From assembly GCA_043767805.1 (NCBI GenBank), contig JAYUGC010000027.1, positions 1 through 17,096 on the forward strand: DNA of 17,096 nucleotides. The letters are read 5' to 3'. This stretch comes from Pseudomonadota bacterium (GTDB taxonomy: Bacteria > Bdellovibrionota > FAC87 > UBA2466). Every line of letters starts with the position of its first letter. Position 1 is the stretch's first letter. Positions 8,231 through 14,769 of the stretch are shown in pieces. The notes below the pieces were generated by a model. It did no database searches. It saw only the letters and a program-made list of their open reading frames with translations, and was not told the DNA's origin. A program made the translations under genes and the position numbers.

Positions 8231-8280
8231 TCCACCTACTGAACACAATTTCCAAGGCTGCGTTCCCGGGGGGGGATTCA

Positions 8281-9966
8281 ATGTCCAAGGTCACTTTTGT
8301 TTTCGTCTGGCTCGTCGCTTCGAGCCCGCTCTTGGCTGGCTCTGGACAAATCACCATCGTGGTCGACCCGCGGCCCACGACGGAGTCGGCGAGCCGAGAG
8401 CTCGTCTCGTTAGAAGCCTTCAAGCTCCTCTATGGAGGCGTGAGCCAAAGCCCGGCGGTGGAGCTGCCAGCGGGCAACATTTTGGACTCGGCCATCCGCG
8501 ATCGCCTGGAGAAGGCGGAGCGCGAACGCCTGGGGCAACTAGCCGTAGGCAAAGACCTTAGGCCCAAGGGTCCGCTCACGCTGCCCCAAATCTTAAAGGC
8601 GATCACCATCGGCGTTCCTTTGACTCAAGCAGAAAGTGAAGAACTTTTGGGCACCCTCAGAGCCCAGGATGCCAAGGGTCGTTTGAGCGGAAGCCTCGGC
8701 GATAGAGCCCGCGTGCTTCTGGTCGAAGAGCTGCGGGCTTGGGCCATGGACGGCCGGGCCGGCGTCCCGTTGACCGCGGCACTGAAAGCTGCCCTCGCCG
8801 AGCAATTGCGAGACCAGGCCGCGAAGGCGGTCCCGCCTCGGGCACTGACCGACGTGGAAATCGAAGCGGCTCTAAAGAGCCCGGCGATTCTCGCGGAGCT
8901 CGTGGCGTCCTTAAAGCCCACGGCTTTCTCGGCCCTGGACTGGGTTCGTATGGCGGGAGGCATGAGACTCGCGGCTCGCGTCGCCCGTCCCAACACGTTT
9001 CTCGCCGACATGCGCTTTGAAATCGATCGCCGCTTGGCCGACGTAGGCGCGCAGAATCAGATCAGCCGGGGCATTAAGGCCCCTCGGATCGCGTTCTCCG
9101 CGCCGCGCCCGTCGTTTCAAATTGGCAGCACGCCTTCCCCCGCTCCGAACTTGCCCGGAGGCAATCGTGGTTTCGACGCGCAACCGAATTTCCGCGGAGA
9201 GGGAGGCACTCCTGGAAAATCCGGATCGGTCGCTCTCGATGAGGCTCTTCCGGGAAATATTTCCCTGACGGCGGAAGCCAAAGCGCGGCTTAAAGCCGAG
9301 CGCGATCGCGCGCACGTGAGCCTTCCACTCATCACCCACTACGCGAAATCGGAATCTTCGAGCTGCCAAATTACTTTGGTCGGTGAAAAACGCGAGGTAG
9401 GCGCGGGCAAATGCACCTATAACGCGGCCACCGCTCGTCATTGCGTCGAAGACGACGGGGGCGCGCTCTTTACGCACGCCGAGATTCCGCCTTTTGCGTC
9501 CATTCAAGTCACTCGCGTCGAAGCCGATGATACCGGAGGCGATTTGGCCATGATGGCGTTCGAGTCCGATTGCCGGAGCGACGTGCCCATGGCGTCTCTC
9601 GCGCTCACTCCGCCGCGCGAAGGAGAAGGCATCGTGGTGCACGCCGCGTTTCCGCTCCTCGGTCAGGCGTCTTCCAACGGAGGCAGCACCAACCGCCTCA
9701 TGATGAATGTCCGTGATCCGGAGAACGGCGGCACGGGCATCGAGCACGGTAATTCCGGGGGCGCGGTCTTGAACGAAAAGGGCGAACTCGTCGGCGTTAT
9801 CTCGACAAAGATCGCCTCGCCCGACGGACAGGGCATCGGCTTTTTCGCGAGCCGGGAGGCGCTCTACTTCGCCAATCGTTTTCTCAATCCGGATTTCGAC
9901 GGAATTTATCTCGGTGGTTACCGAAAGAACATCGATCGCGGTACCGCGTCGATCAAGTCGCATTAA
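8281..9966 (+). CDS. Secreted trypsin-like (S1) serine protease with a long uncharacterised N-terminal helical region
   Basis: Signal peptide from ATG 8281, with a G-tract SD upstream. Catalytic triad in ATARHC, GDLAMM and GNSGG, followed by GELVGVIS. Pro/Gly-rich linker before the protease domain. Confidence 0.88.
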   Translation: MSKVTFVFVWLVASSPLLAGSGQITIVVDPRPTTESASRELVSLEAFKLLYGGVSQSPAVELPAGNILDSAIRDRLEKAERERLGQLAVGKDLRPKGPLTLPQILKAITIGVPLTQAESEELLGTLRAQDAKGRLSGSLGDRARVLLVEELRAWAMDGRAGVPLTAALKAALAEQLRDQAAKAVPPRALTDVEIEAALKSPAILAELVASLKPTAFSALDWVRMAGGMRLAARVARPNTFLADMRFEIDRRLADVGAQNQISRGIKAPRIAFSAPRPSFQIGSTPSPAPNLPGGNRGFDAQPNFRGEGGTPGKSGSVALDEALPGNISLTAEAKARLKAERDRAHVSLPLITHYAKSESSSCQITLVGEKREVGAGKCTYNAATARHCVEDDGGALFTHAEIPPFASIQVTRVEADDTGGDLAMMAFESDCRSDVPMASLALTPPREGEGIVVHAAFPLLGQASSNGGSTNRLMMNVRDPENGGTGIEHGNSGGAVLNEKGELVGVISTKIASPDGQGIGFFASREALYFANRFLNPDFDGIYLGGYRKNIDRGTASIKSH

Positions 9967-9980
9967 AGGGGGCGGCAACC

Positions 9981-10577
9981 ATGTTTCTGTTAGAGCTAGA
10001 AATTCTGGAAGGCGCGAAGATTTACAGCCGGGTTTTCACTCTCTACGAGGGCGGAAATATCTTGGTGGGGCGCCAGCAATGCGATCTCACCCTGAGCGAT
10101 CGTTCCGTCTCGCGCAAGCACCTGAGCTTTCAGGTCCGGCGCGCGAAACTCATGGTGACGGATTTAAAGAGCACTTCGGGAACCAAGCGAAACGGTGAGC
10201 CGATCCAGCAGACCTATGGGCAAAAGGGCGACGTTTTTGAAGTCGGCCCCTATCTCGTGCGTCTACGGAAATTCACTGCGTCTCGACGAGCCGAGCCCAC
10301 TTTGGATCTGCCTCCGTCTCCCACGGCGGGGACTTCCACGTTTTTGATTCCGCTCGTGGGCCCCAAGGGCATCGTGCCCCAAGCGCTGAACCGATTGTCG
10401 GCCGCGCTCGCGAAGGCCAAGGGCGGCTTCGTCTCGCGCGGTTGGCGGATCGCCGCCACCGCCGCCGTTGTGGGTCTCGTGGCCTTCGGCGCCGTTCATT
10501 TCGGCAAAGGCTCGCCCCAAAGAGATCTCGCCAGCGCGCCAGAAGATCTCGTCAACCAAGCCGTCTTGACCAAGTAA
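9981..10577 (+). CDS. FHA domain protein with a C-terminal transmembrane helix
   Basis: VGR, SVSRKH, DLKSTSGT.RNG and GDVFEVG FHA motifs. TM segment IAATAAVVGLVAFGAVHF. AAAGGGGG SD site. Confidence 0.88.
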   Translation: MFLLELEILEGAKIYSRVFTLYEGGNILVGRQQCDLTLSDRSVSRKHLSFQVRRAKLMVTDLKSTSGTKRNGEPIQQTYGQKGDVFEVGPYLVRLRKFTASRRAEPTLDLPPSPTAGTSTFLIPLVGPKGIVPQALNRLSAALAKAKGGFVSRGWRIAATAAVVGLVAFGAVHFGKGSPQRDLASAPEDLVNQAVLTK

Positions 10578-10850
10578 TCCGTCTAAATCGCCGATATCGC
10601 TGTTTTCGTGCACACCCACTGCAAGAATACAAATGAGTCAGCGGGTATCCTTCCGTATTCCGCGAGAATGCGCCCCCGCTCGCGGCTTGGAACTTGAAGT
10701 GCTTCCTGGGTTTGCTCCGGCGAACAGTCGGTGGCATCGACCCATGAGCATGGAAAAGCACATTCAGCTATTTGTCCGCACCGCATCGAGACCATGCGCG
10801 CATTGCCGAAGCATCCGCCACATCCTCAGAAAGCAGCCGCCTTGGCCTCT

Positions 10851-10879
10851 TAGACAGATCCCGCGCGGAATGTTATTTT
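10851..10879 (+). promoter_or_regulatory. Putative sigma70 promoter giving a leaderless transcript for the amidohydrolase
   Basis: TAGACA-N17-TATTTT, with TGn before the -10. Exactly 7 nt separate it from ATG 10887. No SD site. Confidence 0.55.
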
Positions 10880-10886
10880 ACTCCTC

Positions 10887-12590
10887 ATGCGCCGCGCCCT
10901 GACCCTCAGTTTGGTTTTGCTGTGCCTTCCCGCGTTTTCCGCTTCCACGGTTTTCTATAATGGGCACGTACATCTTCAAGGATCGTCGGAGTCGACCGAC
11001 ACCTGGCTCGCCGTTACCGACGGCAAAGTGACCGCTTCCGGTCAGGGCAAGACGTATAAGAAATTGAAAGCCGATCGCCTGGAGAATCTCAAAGGAAAGC
11101 ATCTTCTCCCCGGCCTCATCGATAGCCACGTGCATCTGGCCGAGATAGGAGCGGAGACGTTCGAAGTCGATTTGCGAAAAGCGCGTTCCGCCGACGAGGC
11201 TGCTTCACTGGTGCGAGCGTATCTCGAGGGGCCGGGCAAGACTACCAAGGGCCCTGTCTTCGGCGCGGGGTGGGATCAATCGGAGTGGCCGGGGAAGAAA
11301 TTTCCGACCCGTGCCGAGCTCGACGCCATTTCCTCCACTCGTCCGATTATTTTGAATCGCGTCGACGGGCACGCCGCCTGGGTCAATACCGTGACGCTCA
11401 AGCAAGCGGAGATTTTCGAAACGCCACCCCAGCCGGAAGGCGGCAAAGTCGTTCTCGACGACAAGGGCGTGCCGACCGGAATTCTCATCGACACCGCGAC
11501 CGACGAGCTGCAAGACATCGTGGGGGATGCTTCGGATGCGGAGACCGAGCTCCATTACAAGATCGCCGTGGACAAAGCCCTGAGCCTTGGGATTACCGGC
11601 GCGCACGACGCGGGTGCCTCGCCTAAGCAGATCGAGGTCATCCGAAAGCTTCTGCACTCGGGGGCCGTCCGGTTTCGCTTTAATGAAATGGTGCTGACCG
11701 AGGAAGAGGCGGAGATACAAAAAATTCTCGCCAAGGGAATTGAAGTCGGTGCGGAAAACGGCCAGCTGACGGTGCGCTCGGTGAAGCTTTTTGCGGACGG
11801 CGCCATGGGAAGCCGGGGCGCCGCCTTCGATAAGCCGTATGCCGACGAGCCGGAGAGCTATGGGCTTCTGCGCATGAGTGCAGCGGAAATGGAGAAAGAA
11901 GTCCGCCGCTGGGACGCCAGGGGCTTTCAGGTCGCGGTCCATGCCATCGGAGACCGCGCGAACCGAGAATCCATCGACGCCTTCGAAAAGGTGATGGGCT
12001 CCACTCTCGCCGCGAAACGTCCCCGGCTGGAGCATGCGCAGATCTTGAGCAAGGCCGACATCACCCGGGTGGGTAAGCTTGGCGTCATCGCTTCCATGCA
12101 ACCCATTCATTGTGTGTCGGACATGAAATGGGTAGTCGATCGAGTCGGAAAGGATCGCGCGCAGACGGCCTACGCCTGGGCCTCGTTAAAAAAAGCAGGG
12201 GCCCGGCTCGCTTTTGGAAGCGATTCTCCCGTCGATGATTTGAATCCCTGGCACGGGTTGTTCGCGGCGATTACCCGGCAATCGCCGGATAGGCTTCCCA
12301 AGGGTGGATTCGTCCCGAAAGAAAGGCTGACACTGAAAGAAGCGCTTCACGCCTACACTGCGGGAGCGGCCTTCGCGGGATTCGCGGAAGAGACGCAAGG
12401 TGAGCTGACGAAAGGCCATTACGCCGACTTCATCCTGGTCGCCAAGGATCCTCTCCACGTTTCGCAGAAAGCCGTGAACGGCATGAAGGTCCAAGCGACC
12501 TATGTCGGCGGTGAAAAGGCATGGCCTCTCAGTTCCGCTAAGAAAGTCTCCCGTCCCACCCGCCGCGGAAAACACCGCCGCGCCGAATGA
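10887..12590 (+). CDS. Secreted amidohydrolase 3 family (YtcJ-like) metallohydrolase
   Basis: Signal peptide, PGLIDSHVH, RVDGHAAWVN, VKLFADGAMGSRGA, VHAIGDRAN, RLEHAQ, FGSDSPV and YTAGAA. Confidence 0.94.
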   Translation: MRRALTLSLVLLCLPAFSASTVFYNGHVHLQGSSESTDTWLAVTDGKVTASGQGKTYKKLKADRLENLKGKHLLPGLIDSHVHLAEIGAETFEVDLRKARSADEAASLVRAYLEGPGKTTKGPVFGAGWDQSEWPGKKFPTRAELDAISSTRPIILNRVDGHAAWVNTVTLKQAEIFETPPQPEGGKVVLDDKGVPTGILIDTATDELQDIVGDASDAETELHYKIAVDKALSLGITGAHDAGASPKQIEVIRKLLHSGAVRFRFNEMVLTEEEAEIQKILAKGIEVGAENGQLTVRSVKLFADGAMGSRGAAFDKPYADEPESYGLLRMSAAEMEKEVRRWDARGFQVAVHAIGDRANRESIDAFEKVMGSTLAAKRPRLEHAQILSKADITRVGKLGVIASMQPIHCVSDMKWVVDRVGKDRAQTAYAWASLKKAGARLAFGSDSPVDDLNPWHGLFAAITRQSPDRLPKGGFVPKERLTLKEALHAYTAGAAFAGFAEETQGELTKGHYADFILVAKDPLHVSQKAVNGMKVQATYVGGEKAWPLSSAKKVSRPTRRGKHRRAE

Positions 12591-12601
12591 ATCTTAAGAA
12601 G

Positions 12602-13396
12602 CTAATGCATCTCCTGGTAGTGCGCGGTGATCTGGGCGCCCGTGAGCGGGTAGCCGTAGATGGCGAACTTGCCGATGGCTCCCTTGAAGTATGAGTTCAA
12701 GTCGCGGGTCGCGATGCGCACGGGGGCCGTGCCCGCGCGGGGCGTGACGTTGAACTGGCTGAGCGGCGTGGTTTTGCGAAGCACGCCGTTCTTGTAGAGA
12801 CTCACCGAGCCGTCGCCATTGCGATCGTCGACCACCATCACCACGTACATCCACTGTCCCATTTGCACGGCGTCTTGGAAGTAGGAGCCGGAGCCCAGCC
12901 CACCCGTTAAATTAAAGACGTAACCCGATACGCGGTTGGGACGTGAGGCTGAGTTGTTTAGCGAGTACATGCGCATGGCGTACTCGTGCTGACCCGTTTC
13001 GCCTTTGCCCGCCCAGTGGACGTAACCGTCTCCTTCTTGAGAGGGGAACTGCAAAGCATCGGGGCGAATCCAAGCTTCCAAAGTCAGCGCGTTGTTCCGG
13101 GGAATGGAGAGTGATTTCGAGGACGGGTACTGCACGTACTGAGATAAGCCATCGAAGACGGTCGCCGTATCTCCATTGGGCAGGGCGGTCTTCGCAGGCG
13201 GCCGGTTCGCCGGCAGATAGCTCGCCAGCGATCCTCTTCGAGTCGCGTTCCTCTCCTTTAAAGTCCCGTACGGAACGGAAAGGGGCAGGTACAGGATGGG
13301 TCTGTCCCGCAGAACTCGCTTGTCGTAAGAAGAGGCTCTGGCTCCCGTTGGACTCAGTGCGGTAAGAACGAGGGCCAAAGTTAGAAAATATTGCAT
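12602..13396 (-). CDS. Secreted LamG/concanavalin A-like jellyroll domain protein
   Basis: Signal peptide, YDKRVLRDRP, FDGLSQYV, LTLEAWIRP, GQWMYVVMV, LYKNG and FKGAIGKFAIY...LT..QI..HY. AAGGTG SD site 6 nt before ATG 13396. Confidence 0.88.
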   Translation of the reverse strand: MQYFLTLALVLTALSPTGARASSYDKRVLRDRPILYLPLSVPYGTLKERNATRRGSLASYLPANRPPAKTALPNGDTATVFDGLSQYVQYPSSKSLSIPRNNALTLEAWIRPDALQFPSQEGDGYVHWAGKGETGQHEYAMRMYSLNNSASRPNRVSGYVFNLTGGLGSGSYFQDAVQMGQWMYVVMVVDDRNGDGSVSLYKNGVLRKTTPLSQFNVTPRAGTAPVRIATRDLNSYFKGAIGKFAIYGYPLTGAQITAHYQEMH

Positions 13397-13574
13397 TGGA
13401 TTCACCTTATATAGAGGGGAGAAGTTCCCTTCTACTGGTACCGCGGCCTTTCGCGGCGGATCGGCTCAGCCGGTTAAAAAGATTCTCAAAGTCTTTTTGA
13501 GCCGTTTTGCCGGGTTACCGCGCGTGCCAGACGGGGTTGAGAATCGGTAGGCAAACCGCTCACCTCTTGTTACA

Positions 13575-13703
13575 CGGATCACCTGGTCACTCGCGACGTT
13601 CAACGAAGCGCAGACGAAAGCCGGCTTCCAGGCTCGTTCCATCACGAGCTACGCCGAAAAAAACGGAAACCGCTTCTTTGCCGGTATCTGGCACAAGCCC
13701 TAG
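13575..13703 (+). pseudogene. Start-less remnant of the C-terminus of a BTRD1-like (PF17660) tandem-repeat protein
   Basis: Manual translation gives RITWSLATFNEAQTKAGFQARSITSYAEKNGNRFFAGIWHKP*. There is an in-frame TAG at 13548 and no ATG/GTG/TTG between it and the stop. Confidence 0.55.
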
Positions 13704-13710
13704 GTTTAAA

Positions 13711-13743
13711 GGGGGGGGCAGGCTGTTCGCAGCCTGGCCCCCT
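13711..13743. terminator. Strong GC stem-loop, terminator-like
   Basis: GGGGG-G-CAGGCTG-TTCG-CAGCCTG-G-CCCCC, just after the remnant's stop codon. T-tracts are weak on both strands. Confidence 0.55.
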
Positions 13744-13833
13744 ATCAACTGTTAATGACAATCCGCCGTTAAAAGATCGCCTCTCTTCTCCCACGCTATT
13801 CTAAAAGCCTAGCTGCACAATGGGAGGCCTTCC

Positions 13834-14676
13834 ATGACTCGAGCCTTTGGGTTTGCTCTGCTTTTCCTTTTCACTTCGCCCGTCCTAGGTCACGACAACG
13901 ACCGGGCGCAGCGCGCGGTCAACGAGGCCGCGTATCGCACGCGCTTTAATCGCGAGCGGGTAGCGGAAGAAACCACCGGCATCCGGGTCGAGCCGACTCG
14001 CCCCGGCGGTATCATTCCGCTACCGGAAATTTTCAGTCCCAACTGGAAGATGATCTTGATGACCGGGGACGACAGTATCAGTGCGTTCGATAACGCTCGC
14101 AAGAAACTCTACGAGAGGTTCGCGGGCTTCGGCATCGACGAGGGCATTCAGCTGTCTCGTGCGTCGAAGGAACAGACGAACGGCGTGCGGGCGACCAGCA
14201 TCGCCAACCTCGACAAAGCCATGCACGATCTCGATGTGAAAGTCGGAGACGGCTGTTTGGTGCACATGACCTCGCACGGAAGCCAGCAGGGCTTTTACCT
14301 GCGCGGCCAAGAATCCCTGACGCCGGACCGCCTCGACCAAATAGTGAAAGCGAACTGCGGGAATCGCCCCACGGTACTCCTGGTCTCTGCTTGTTACTCC
14401 GGGATTTTCGCCGAGCCGAAGTACGAGGCGCCCAATCGCATCATCCTGACCGCCGCGCGCAAGGACAAGACCTCGTTTGGTTGCAGCGCGGAAGCGACCT
14501 ACACCTACTGGGACGCTTGCCTCGTATCGACTTTACCGACGGTAAAAACTTGGTTCGAGCTCGCGCGCGATATCGAGAAGTGCATCGAGGACAAAGAAGG
14601 CTCGGGCGGCTTCGCTCGCTCCTATCCTCAAGCCCGTTTCGGCGCCGACGTAAAAAACCTAGAAATCCGCCAATAG
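13834..14676 (+). CDS. Secreted C13 family (legumain-like, clan CD) cysteine peptidase
   Basis: Signal peptide, His-Cys dyad in HMTSHGS and VSACYSG, and ILTAARKDKTSFGC. GGGAGG SD site. Confidence 0.9.
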   Translation: MTRAFGFALLFLFTSPVLGHDNDRAQRAVNEAAYRTRFNRERVAEETTGIRVEPTRPGGIIPLPEIFSPNWKMILMTGDDSISAFDNARKKLYERFAGFGIDEGIQLSRASKEQTNGVRATSIANLDKAMHDLDVKVGDGCLVHMTSHGSQQGFYLRGQESLTPDRLDQIVKANCGNRPTVLLVSACYSGIFAEPKYEAPNRIILTAARKDKTSFGCSAEATYTYWDACLVSTLPTVKTWFELARDIEKCIEDKEGSGGFARSYPQARFGADVKNLEIRQ

Positions 14677-14769
14677 CCTTTCAGCCTTCAAGTTTTGCTT
14701 GAACGGTGAGTGGTATCGCTCTGGCACCTTTTGGTACCAAATGGCGGCTGACCCTTGCCGGTCGAAGTC

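Noticed and set aside
8268..8275. G8 tract (also C7 at 16474-16480 and G8 at 13711-13718) as phase-variation sites
   Set aside because: The tracts are short and non-coding, and are explained as SD-like sites or a hairpin arm.
8170..8280. Upstream extension of the protease ORF, and similar extensions for tdk, trmB, ICMT and the RoxA-like gene
   Set aside because: Downstream starts give better signal peptides or SD sites and avoid overlapping promoters or neighbouring genes.
8911..9978. Long antisense ORFs (8911-9978, 11205-12110, 2768-3622, 590-1303, 15067-15747, 15856-16560 and others)
   Set aside because: They are shadow or alternative frames of motif-supported genes, Arg/Gly/Pro-rich, and expected at high GC.
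13507..13755. 82-aa ORF in the LamG-C13 intergenic region
   Set aside because: It has no SD site, no motif, and runs through a strong hairpin. A different frame shows the protein-like signal.
14721..14741. CTGGCAC as a sigma-54 site, and the TTTGGTACCAAA palindrome
   Set aside because: There is no GC at the -12 position, and the site lies between convergent genes with nothing to drive.
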